A DNA stretch of 64,000 nt from Pseudogymnoascus verrucosus. Taxonomy: Eukaryota. The position numbers and the translations under genes are program-made. Position 1 is the stretch's first letter. Each line of letters opens with the position of its first letter. Of this stretch, positions 50,531-61,467 are shown piece after piece. The notes below the pieces were generated by a model. It saw only the letters and a program-made list of their open reading frames with translations. It was not told the DNA's origin and ran no database searches. The stretch lies in the NCBI GenBank assembly GCA_001662655.1, contig KV460249.1. One strand, 5' to 3'.

Positions 50531-51464
50531 ACCAAACCAGACTGAACTAAACGCAGACGGACGAACCTTTGTCCGTCCACGCAAAATCCAGTCAAAGGCA
50601 TCAAATCTGTGCAGAAAACGTAGATGGACACTGATCTAGCCATTAATCCGGCTTAGATCAGCATAGACAGGACGGAGGTCGGATAAACGTCCGACCGGTT
50701 TTGCGCAAACCGTCACCAAAATCGACGGTTTGCGCGAAACCGCAGAATGTGGGGTAACAGCATTCTCCTTGGTCCTCTGTATTAGGAGACTCATCTAGCA
50801 CAAATGAGACTGGGCAGAACCAGCCGGAACATTAACGGAACCCGGACAAACCTTCGTCCAATTTTGCGCACATATGTCCCCTAACCTCTCACTCTGCGCG
50901 AAACTACAGGATGTGGGGTAAATCTGCATTCTCTGCAGTCCCCTTTCTACATCAGGACTGCAGAGCATGCGTGACTTGGTCTCCCATATAAGACCAAGCC
51001 AAACCAGCTCCGACAAGACGGAGCGCGGATAAACCTCCGTCCGGTTTTGCGCAAACCAGTCGGTGCAACTGTGTGTTTGCGCGGAACCATAGAGTGTGGG
51101 GTAATACCGTGTGAGAACTTCCACCAGCACGTACTCTACCCATCCCTTGGATTAGGAGAGACTATATGAGACGGACCTAAACTAGACTAGACGGACAGAA
51201 CGGAGCCTAGGCAGGCGTTTGTCTGATTTCGCGCTTACCTACTCGCAAACCCGTTACTCTGTGCGAAAACGTAGACCGTGGAGGTTACCCATGGGGGTAA
51301 TTTCTCACATACTCTACGATCCTATGCATCAGGGGACACTTCCAACCCAACCCAAACCAGACGAACGCAAACGAGCTCCGAATAAACAGAACGCAGACGG
51401 ATGAACCTTCGTCCGCTTTGCGCAAATCCGTCTCTGAGATTGCAGGTTTGCGCCAAAATGCAGC
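50531..51464. repeat. Array of six degenerate hairpin-rich units (120-190 bp spacing), non-coding
   Basis: Approximate consensus ACGGA-N4-CGGAYAAACCTTCGTCCG-GTTTTGCGC-N26-GCGCGAAAC-N-AGA-N-TGTGGGGTAA. Cores lie at ~50551, 50671, 50834, 51017, 51199 and 51390. Confidence 0.9.
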
Positions 51465-52222
51465 TATCCCATCCTACCCCTTACATCCCCCTCCCCCTCC
51501 TAACTCGTCCCTACCCGCCCCTCCTTACTGCCTCACGCACCACCCACCGCAGCTACTACCTCAGTCCCCTCCCTAGAAAAAAGCATGTATAAATTTAAAT
51601 CCTAACCCCCACCCAGAGATATCAATTCCAAAAAAAAAAACGCACAACACACCTACATACATACCCCTCCAATCACAGGACCTGGGCCGCATGGTATGCA
51701 ACCCTGTCTTGGCCAGACTGGTCAGGGGTCAGCGTGTCAGGGGGGAATCACAGATCACAGTATCACAATCAAAGAGCAAAGTTTTGCAAGAGGGAATCTT
51801 CTTCTATTCCCGCCATCCCCCGGTTCACTCTTTTATCTAATCGAATATCATGCCAACATCATCTCCCCCTATCCCCATGCCCAGGCTACACCATCCAGCC
51901 GGCAGCACATCGTTCATATACCCGGCCGACATCTATTAAACACCCCTCACCCCATCCTACCACCACCCCATCCCTCCTTACATTCCCCAGTCCCCCAAAT
52001 CAAAACACAAAACACCCCCAATGCGCCAGCCTACCCCACAAATATACAAGTAACAAAAAAGGAATCCCTGAAAAGGTCGTCGTATCGGGAGGGCATCCAT
52101 CCATCAGCCGTCCCTCGCTGCACGCTCAAAAAACCGCGTCTTTGCTCCCCCCCCCCAAAAGTCCCAAAAAAATACATCAAAGAAAAAGGTTGCAAAGTGT
52201 TCAATCGTCACCCCCCACCTCA

Positions 52223-55200
52223 CTACTCCATCCCCTTCCCCTTCCCAGGCGTATCAGTCTTAGCAGGCGTCCCCGGCACCTCCGGCGTATAAAAAGCAGC
52301 CTGCTTGAACCCCCCCATCCCCTCATCCTCATCCACATCCTCCACCACCGGCAACGGGGTCCTCACCCCCTCTTCTTCGGAGAGCATGCTCACAGCCGCA
52401 TCGCTATCGCTCGCCATACCGCCCTCTCCCAATTCAAGCGTCGCCGCGTGGGCAGAGAGGCGATTATGCAACTCCCTAAAGCTTCTTGCGGCGAGGGTAT
52501 TCGTACTCGCCTCCGAACCACGATGATCCACACCACCGCGGTCACCACCACGCACCTCCCCCTCCCTCTCCACACTCGATCCCCTCTCCTGCGCCTGCGC
52601 CGCCTTCTTCAACCTCATCCTCTCCTCGGCAGACATATTCGCCAACGCATCCCCAAACGTAATAACACTAGCCTTCTTCCCATGAATGACAAAGCTGCCC
52701 GTCCCCCTCGCCAAATGATCATCCCTCACCACCTCCTCCCCCTCCTTCGCCGCCGAGGACGAAGAGTCCTTGCCCTTCCGACTACGGTGCTGGGTAGGGA
52801 CGTGCGCGTCGCGGAGGGTGCGGTGGATGCTGCGACGGATTTTGCCGCGTTCGAGTTTCTCTTTCTCTTTCTCTTTCTCGGTGGAGTCGGAGGGGCGGGA
52901 TGAGGCGTCGTCGGTGGTGGCGGTGGTGGGGGGTTCTTCGGCGATGGAGTCGGATGCTAGGGTTGTGTCGATGAGGCCCGCTTGTTCCAAGGCGATGTTC
53001 TCGCCGGCGTCTTCATGGGGGGAGGAGACGGAACGTTGTGGGTCTGCGGAGGTGGTGGGGGTCATGCGGGGGTATGAGGATGTGTGGGATAGTACTGGGC
53101 TCCTTGGTTGTGCGCCAACACCGGGGGAGGGCTGTTTCCTTGGCCCGTCGAATTTCAGAGGTGGGAGTTCCCATGATGCTTGTGCTTTGTGGAAAGTTGA
53201 AGCACTCTGTGCGGCTGAGGGACTGGTGAAGAAATTGTCGATGTCGAAATCACTCGGTGATGCCTGTGGTATCGGAGTTGGGTGCTGAGATTGCAAGCTC
53301 TGTTGAGGAGAGAGAGCAGCGCTGTTCCTGGAACTCACTGCGGCGAGACTGTCGCGGTCGTTTTGTTTGGCCAAGGATTCCCCCGAGGGGTTGGAAGTAG
53401 GGAGTAGCGGCTCGGGCTTTTCACCTTCCCCGGTCTTCACTTCTTCATCCAAGTCCATGGACAGGATATCCCTGTGACATCTCAACCTCCAGATCTCCAT
53501 ACGGACCCATCTCAGCTTTGCCGACATGCGGCCAGCTGCCAATACTACTTGTTCCCTCGTCTTTGGCTGGATAGGTGCGAGGATTTGCAAGTGACGAGCA
53601 TTCCGAAGCTGAGCGTCTAATTGCTTAGTAGCAATAGCTAGCTTCTCCTCTGCCTCTGTAATCTTCTGCATCATGATCTCTCTCCTTGCGGCCAGGATAT
53701 CTTGGGCCATCTGGAGATCGATCTTTCCGCTGATAATCTGAACTTCACCAGTAGGAGTCTGCACAGAGCGTCCGGAGTTCGCGCTGCCCAGCCTCCTAAT
53801 CCCACGAGTGCGCTGCCCCTCGTAATTCCCACCAACCACGCCACGCATTCTCACGCCGGCTGTGCGGAATGCTGCAGCGTAGTTGAGCTTCGCGAGCCAG
53901 TCATTCATTTCATCTTCGTTGTCAGCCAGGAATGTTTCCTCGAAGCCTCCATGGCGAACGAAGAGGAACGCGTTCTTGTGCTTCTTATACGTAGAATCGA
54001 GCAGGGCGACAGCATCATCCGTTGACATCAATGCATCCGGTTTGAAAGATTCAATCGGGGGCTTGAAGGTGACTGGAATGCCATCATTACCCTGCTTGAC
54101 GTGGTGGTCGTGTTGATGTATCAAGCTCTTGATCCAGGCGGTATTGCGGAAGAAGTATAACTGCGCTCCTGTGAGAATTGCGCCCCATTCCTGCCAAGGG
54201 GACCTCGTCTTCTTCTTCTTCGGGTCCTTGCGCCATAGTAAGCCGACCTTGGTGATCTTGATATCGACGATTCCAGGGTGTGCTTCCTCGGGGTTCATGA
54301 CCGTCTTGTCAGACATGAAGGCATCGGGGCGTGACCTTGCAGATATAATCTGCAAAACACCTGTTCTGAAGAATGTTCGCTGCAAGTCGTCCAGATTGAG
54401 GGACAGCGCAGTACCAATGTAGCTGTAGTGCTCCTCCAAGTTCATTGCGTCCTTCAGATTGGGCCGTAACGAGTCAAGCTTGCTGTCGATAATGAGAGTA
54501 TACGGATCAACAGGCTCTTTCGAAGGGCGCTTCATCGGATCCATACTCGACCGAGGGAATAAACTCTTCTTCTTCGACTTGTGCTGGACAATTCGCTCGC
54601 CATTGATATCAAGATCATCCTCCACATGGATGAAGGGCGTGTACGAAATATTGTCATAGAAACACTCCAAGATCTCGTCAAAGATTCCCTCTCCCTGGGT
54701 GTTCCTGCAATAATCCTGCTTCTGCATCTTATTCTTGTTATTCTTGTTGAAGACATCGGTATGCAGGATCAGCAACGAAAATGCAATGAAATATGCCTGC
54801 TCGGGCGAAGCGTAGATGCCTGGGTTGCACTCGTGGTACCGGTGTGCAAACGATTGCAGACACCTGTCGATATGCTGCGTCTCCTTGGGCAGTTCGACTT
54901 CCATAAGAAGCTTGCGGAGGGCCATATCCATAGGATCGCCGAAGAACCCAAACCCACGCATGTAGCTCCGGAGAACCTGCTGTGAGAACGTATCGCTGCC
55001 TTTCGACAAGACACTTGCAACGGCGCCTCGACTTACAGCCTCTTCCAGCCGCAGGAGGTACTTTGCCGGGCTATCATCCTGATGTCTCTCGGGTATGATA
55101 ATTGGCTCTCTTGTGATTTGGATCGAGTTGTTTTTCGAGGTAGCAGAGAGTGGACTTGCTTGTCCGGAAGCGTGAGGCATTGGGTCAGGGCGAAGGCGAT

Positions 55201-56498
55201 GGGTCAAGTTGAATATATCCCCGAAGCTCTTCCTGCCCGTCGACGTCGACGTGCGGCTGGACGGAAGAGGCGGAGTATCTAATGGCTCATCGGCCTGCCC
55301 GTTTCTCAAAGATGTCAGGGTAGAAGACCTGCCCCTGAGGCCACGTCGAGTAGGGGAAGATTTGTTGGAGGCCGTCGAGTCGCGGCGGATCAATGGTGAC
55401 CCAGGGGCTGCAAACAGCATAGACGCCTTAGCGATGGCAGAATGGGTGTGAACGGCACCCTCGTTATCATCGGCGCCTTGCGGTAGGCGTAGAGTTTGTG
55501 CGGCGCCGGAATCCGTGCTCGCTCTACTAGTGTTGTTGCCAGACTTATCCGGTACGGAAAGCGAGTTAGGCTGGTCATTATGAACTACCTTTGGCGGTAA
55601 GGGAAAGAGCGGCTGAGGCTTCTTTCGCCGCGGTAGTCTAAAGAACGTAGTTGTAGTATGTGTTGTCTGTATCGTAGTAGTCGTTTGCGCATACACATGG
55701 TTGTCCGCAGAGCTCCCATCAGACCTCGAGGATTCGGACAGCCGATTGACTGGCAATGCAAGCGTCGATCCGGCATCATCTCCATAAGGCGGAGGCATCG
55801 CACCTGGGACCTGAGAGCTGTGACGTACAGGTTCATCGAATGTAACACGGGATGACGAGTTCCCTTCGGATAGCGTCTTCCTCCTCTCCTTCTTCGACGC
55901 ATTTATCAGTTCGTCAAACGCGGATGGCTTAGGGTCCGATGGTTTTATGCCAGGTAGCTTGAGCTTCGACTTTTTCTTCTGTGTGGTGTTTACGTCGAGA
56001 GTCGGTGCTGTTGTGATGATCTCGGGAGCTGCCGAGGGAACGTCAGTAACTTCTCTACATGCTTGGAGCCCAATCGGGATCAATGTCAATCAATTGAAGG
56101 AGGTGGAACCTACGTCTCGGCATAGGAGGGGCAGCATCAGCCTCAGCCTGCTGCCTCGCCCTCGTCGACAGCTGCGAATCCGACGCATGCCTAAACTTCA
56201 TCATCGAGAACCGTCGCGACTGCTTGGGCGTCGCATCCTGCACCGGCGGTGACACCGGCCTATCCTCCGGGACCGTCTTCTCCGTCGAGGAAAACGCAAT
56301 GGCCGGCGCGGACGACTGCGGCGTCAGCTCGAGCGAATCTGACGCGCCAGCGTCCCTGCGCGGCAACTGCTCGCTGAGTCTCCCCGCCCTGGTATCCGCA
56401 GCTCCTGTCGGGCTGGGGAAAAGCAGCGAGTGGCGGCGATTGAGATCGGTCTCGCTGGCCTGGCCGCGTCGACGCAGCAGGCCTTGGATGATGGGCAT
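52223..56498 (-). CDS. Sec7-domain ARF-GEF with PH domain (Syt1/Sec73-like); intron 56055-56113
   Basis: Sec7 motifs MDMALRKLLMEVELPKETQHIDR and AFSLLILHTDVFNKNNK. PH motifs KVGLLWRK..WQEWGAILTGAQLYFF and EMNDWLAKLNYAA. Confidence 0.92.
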
Positions 56499-57395
56499 CT
56501 CGAGGGGGGTGGTGGGAGCGCGGGAGCGAAAGGGGATTATCGGATCATGACAGGCCACTTATTTTCGTGTCTTCTTCTTCCGTTTTCAGGTCGAGGCAGG
56601 TTCTTGGGGATTCGGGATAGAGGTTGCGGGGAAGGATTGGGAGAGTAAAATAGGAGTTTATCCGTTCGTGTGTGGTTCGAGAGGCTGGGTTCAAGGAGGG
56701 AATTTGGTTGGTGTAGTGTACAGGGTCGTCGTCGCACAGACGTCAGGGTAGCTCAGTGAGAGTTATTGTCCAAGCTGTGTGTGGTGTGTGATACAAGGGG
56801 TTTTTTGGAAAGTGATCAATAATACAAAAGACAAGAGGAAGCTGTTTCAAACGATTGATTGACACCGAGGTCGTAAGAAAGAGAGTAGAGAGTGTTTTCG
56901 CAGAAGTAAATACAGGAGATACAGCGAGAGATAGTTAGTTAGAGTGTACAGAAATAGAGGATCGTATAGGAAGCTGCTAAAGGCAATAGCGCGTGTCTCT
57001 TCTGTGTTGATCAGGGTGTCGTTGCGTGGGATTTAATGTGGAGGGTACTTGTAAACAGACCAATGCTACTGCGGGGGATGAAGTACTCCTTTGCTTATTC
57101 CCACTCTCAGCTCCGCTCAGCTCCGCTCAGCTATCCCCTCAGTGGCTTCTCCTTTCCTCCTTTCCTCCTATCATCGCAAGCGGACAACAAGCGGAGAACG
57201 TGGTGTTCTGATGTGAGGTCAGAGACAGGAGACGGCGTCTTCTAATCAGCTAATAATAAATTCATACCTACATACAGTACAGTCAGTGCAGTAGAAGTGC
57301 AGTAGAAGCGCAGTAAGAGAAGAGTGGCTGTAAGAATAGCTACGAATAAGAACTTATCTCTCTAAATATCAAAAATTAAAAATACCAATAAGGAT

Positions 57396-57433
57396 CAAAA
57401 TACACCAAAATACATCAAAATACATCAAAATAC
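57396..57433. repeat. Tandem repeat (CAAAATACAY)x~4
   Basis: caaaatacac caaaatacat caaaatacat caaaatac. Confidence 0.8.
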
Positions 57434-57867
57434 CCTTCTATCTTCTATTTCTAGAAAAATCCCAGCTGTCGCAAATGCCCCAATGTATCCTGCACCCAAT
57501 TAATCTTCGCGTCTCTGCCTGGGCCCCGTCTCCCCGGTTGCAGTTGATTTGTGAATTCCTCAGGCAATGAGGCAGTGTAGTACATACCCTATACTTACAA
57601 ACACACCTCCATCGCTCTTCCCACACAAGTACCCCCAAGTTACCCCGCCAGTAGCGTACCCAATCGGAAGCATCGTCATCGTCCAATTCAACCACCACCA
57701 CAACCTCAACTACAGAGAGCAAAGAAGTCGCTGCCTTAGACCCCCAAAAACAATCCCAACAATCATCCTCTCACCACAACACCCTGATCCAACCCTCAAC
57801 CCGCATCCAGAAAGGGTCACCCATCCCCATTGCGTCTCCACCGCTTGGAGACAACCACCACGCAGCA

Positions 57868-59866
57868 ATGCGACTCCTCCAGGAGCCCACCTCCCTCCTC
57901 CCCCTCCTCCTCCTCTCCACCCTTGCCCCCGTCCCCACCATAGCCGTCCCATGGGCTACAGGCGACAGCACACAATCCCTCAGCGGGCGCGACGCCAAAG
58001 CAGCAGCAGCGCCGTACCACCGCTCCCACAGCGTGTTCCCGCAGCTGACATGGCTGCGCGACACGGCGATCGAGAAGATCTTTGGTGGTGGCGGGAACGC
58101 GAAGACTGATACGACGACGACGAAGCAGGAGAATGGACAGACCGCGGCGACGAGCCAGCGGAGGCCGTTGAGCGCGCAGCTGCCGGCGACGTTGTTAGCG
58201 AAGTATGGGGGGGATGTGGTGCTGAGGTTTAATATCACGACGGAGGAGGAGGAGGCGGCGTTGGCGGAGGCGGCGGATACGCTGTTTCTTGATGTGTGGG
58301 AGTTTACGAATAACTGGGCGGATATAAGGTTGGCAGAGGACGATGTGAGTATATCGAGATAGTCCCCTTCTCAAAGAACATACATACTAACCACCACCCC
58401 CCCAGGTCCCGTCCCTCCTCGGTCTCCTCCCCAAATCCCTCCACAACGCCTACTCCAACCTCATGCCCGACCTCGCGCAATCAATCTACCAATCCTACCC
58501 CTCCCTCGCCTTCTCCTCCCCCCCCTTTCCCCCCTCCGCCGGACACTCCTCCTTCACCCCCTCCGTCCACAAAACCGACGGCGCAACCGACAACATCTTC
58601 TTCCGCGACTACCAGCCCCTCTCCGTCATCATCCCCTGGATGCGCCTCATGGCATCCATGTTCACCACCCACGTCACTATGACCTCCATCGGGCTCTCCT
58701 ACGAAGGGCGTTCCATCCCCGCCCTCCGCGTCGGCGTGCACCCCACCCCCGCCTCCCCGTCCTCAAAACGGAAAACCATCATCATCGCCGGCGGCCTGCA
58801 CGCTCGCGAATGGATCTCCACATCCTCCGTAACCTACATCGCCTGGTCCCTCATCACAGCCTACGGAAAGTCCCCCGCGATCACGAAATTGATCCACGAG
58901 TTCGACTGGGTCTTCATCCCAACGCTGAATCCGGACGGGTACGTGTACACCTGGGAAACCGACCGATTATGGCGCAAGAACCGCCAGCAGACCCACCTTC
59001 GCTTCTGCCGCGGCCTCGATCTCGACCGCTCATTCGGATACCGCTGGGCCGGGTCGGCATTCCAAGCTAACCCCTGCTCGGAGAGTTATCCGGGGTCTGC
59101 GCCGTTTCAGGCGGTGGAATCGCATCGTTTGGCGGAGTGGGCGAAGACGCAGGTGGAGGAGAATAATGCCAAGTTTGTGGGATTGTTGGATTTGCACTCG
59201 TATAGCCAGCAGGTCTTGTATCCGTATAGTTATTCGTGCGAGGCGGAGCCGCCGACGATTGAGAATCTGGAGGAGCTGGGGATGGGGTTGGCGAAGGCGA
59301 TTAGGATCTCGAGTGGGGAGTTTTATCAGGTTACGTCGGCGTGTGAGGGGAGTGTTGTTACGAGGAAGGGGAAGGGGAAGGGCAAGAGCGCAAAGACCAC
59401 CGCGAAGTCCGCGAAGTCGAAGAAGAAGGATGAAGAGAAGGAGGGCCCGATGCAGCAGATCCGCATGGAGAGCGGAGGGGGGTCGGCGATCGATTGGTTC
59501 TATCATGAGATGAAGGTGCGGTATACGTATCAGCTTAAGCTGAGGGATACGGGGAGTTATGGGTTTTTACTCCCGGGAGAACATATTGTGCCGACGGGCG
59601 AGGAGTCGTTTAATGCGGTGAAGTATTTTGGGGATTTCTTGATGGGGAATAAGGGGATTGAGAGTGTGGATGGGGTGGAGGTGGAGGGAGAGGTAGAGGT
59701 GGGAGGTGAGGGGAGTGAGGAGGAGGGAGTTGAGAATGTGGCAGTGGAAGAGGGTGAGGGTGAAGATGTGGATAAGGATGATGATGAGGAGTGGGTGGTG
59801 GTTGAGAACGAGGACACTGAGAGAGCAGCGATTGATATGTCCGAGCTACGGCGGAGGAGGAGATGA
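57868..59866 (+). CDS. ECM14: Inactive M14 metallocarboxypeptidase Ecm14; intron 58345-58406
   Basis: Signal peptide and prodomain (DVVLRFN, LFLDVW), zinc ligands HARE and DLHSY, and NPDGY..RLWRKNR. The catalytic Glu270 position is Lys (QLKLRD) and DLDR replaces DLNR, the Ecm14 signature. Confidence 0.95.
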
Positions 59867-60408
59867 GGTAGAATGTGTAAAATTGAACCTTTTGGACAGA
59901 CATGTGATGGATTACTAGGAGTTTGGCAGGGTTTGGCAGGATTTGGCGTCTGGGAGAGTATTGGGACGCGAGGAGGGAAATTTGCCATACGATACTGATA
60001 CGATACGGTGCGGATAGTTCGGGATTGGATAGCTGGGGTTGGCTGTTTTCGGGAAGGAGTGTATGATGTTTTGAGGGTATGTGGTGGCTATATGAAGTAA
60101 TCTATGTATGTGTGTGGAGGAGATAGTGGTGGTGAAGATAGCACTGGAGATAGGGAAGAACAAATCATACTGTACTTACTTTTTTCTCTGATAAGCCCAA
60201 TGGCAATGCGACGGGCCTTCTCACTATAATCTTACCCGTATAGCCGTATACTATACGGGCATCCAGTCTACCAACTCCGAACAAACAACCAATTACATAA
60301 GACCTTATGTAACACACCCTCGTACCTCCCACTACCATCCCACATTGCTAGAGGTGCTTTTAGAGGGAGCTAGTATAAAAACAGCATACAAGCAAGTATA
60401 CTCCTCCA

Positions 60409-60762
60409 CACGTGACCACAATAAGTGGCTCTGGGCACGTGATATGTGTCATGTATTGCATGGATGGCAGGCCAGGGGTGGATCGATGGATCGCGAGGGG
60501 AGGGGACTAGTACGAATAGGGGATGGTGTACTGCGGAATTGAGAGGGGACTCACCCGCAGCTACGGTATTTTGTGTGGGTTGGTGGGTAGGGGAGGGTAG
60601 GGGAGGAGTAGGGAGGGCCAATAGTGACCACTACCGCAGTGCAGAGGTTGCGTGCTTTGGAGGTGTACCCATACTATAACGGATATTAACTGAGTCTACC
60701 ATACAAAAGTCTACTTTCTACTAATTATATTCTCCATATATACAGAACCTTCAACTGTGGCG
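60409..60762 (+). promoter_or_regulatory. Putative sulfur-regulon-type motifs upstream of MET30: two CACGTGA E-boxes and one AACTGTGGC
   Basis: CACGTGAC at 60409-60416, CACGTGAT at 60436-60443 and AACTGTGGCG at 60753-60762. These match the yeast Cbf1 and Met31/32 consensus sites. Confidence 0.35.
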
Positions 60763-61467
60763 ATTTTTGAAGGTCTAATTCTTCTTCTGTCTGCTACTTA
60801 CTATTGTATTATCACGAATACAATAGTCTGCTTACTACTTACTATACTTACTTACTACACCATCACCTCATCCATCACCGCCACCCCCAGTACCCAGCAC
60901 CCAGCACAGCACGACTCATCTGCGCCAAGAGATACAAGGGATACGACCCATCGAAACTTTCCCATAGCCTGCAATCTGCTAGATTACTACTATAACCACC
61001 AAAACCGTCCCATACCGTCCATACTATACCTGCATGTCGACATCGCACGCCATCCCGCACCCTCTTCACACCAACCCCAACCGCCACTCCTCTCATACCA
61101 ACACCACACTCACTCACTATACAAAATAATACACCGACATTACCGCATAACACACGGACAAGCAACAAAACACCGCAACCAAGCACAGATCATCAAACCC
61201 GTGGCGACATCGGGGCGCGCCATTTCCCCATCTGAGTACGCCAGAACGCCATCCAAGCCCACCAGCCCGCTATATCCCCCCCCCCCTTCGTCCGCTTCCT
61301 TCTCTCCATGTCCGATCTGCCACGTCCTGCACGTGAGAACAAACTTCGCCGCGGAGACCGAGACCACGAGGGACCAGCTGAGTCTGAACTGTCCTGTGCG
61401 ACTTAACTACTTGGCCATTCTCTCTCCTCCTCACCTCTCCTCTCTCTCGACAAACACAACACACACA

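Noticed and set aside
50531..51464. CRISPR array or hammerhead ribozyme array
   Set aside because: The context is eukaryotic, the repeats are long and degenerate, and there are no cas genes. CGAAAC follows a stem, but the required CUGANGA core is missing and GAAAC pairs with GTTTT instead.
51696..52903. Long + strand ORFs (198 and 389 aa) antisense to the Sec7 gene 3' end
   Set aside because: The translations are rich in P/H/L, typical of C-skewed antisense frames, and show no domain motifs.
59525..59550. ECM14 catalytic Glu-to-Lys change as a novel inactivation
   Set aside because: This is the known, conserved pseudopeptidase signature of Ecm14.
60757..61467. 237-codon stop-free in-frame extension upstream of MET30
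   Set aside because: It has no in-frame ATG, the translation is low-complexity H/T/P, and the C/A-rich composition suppresses stops. Homology begins after 61468. Non-AUG initiation is not excluded but is unsupported.
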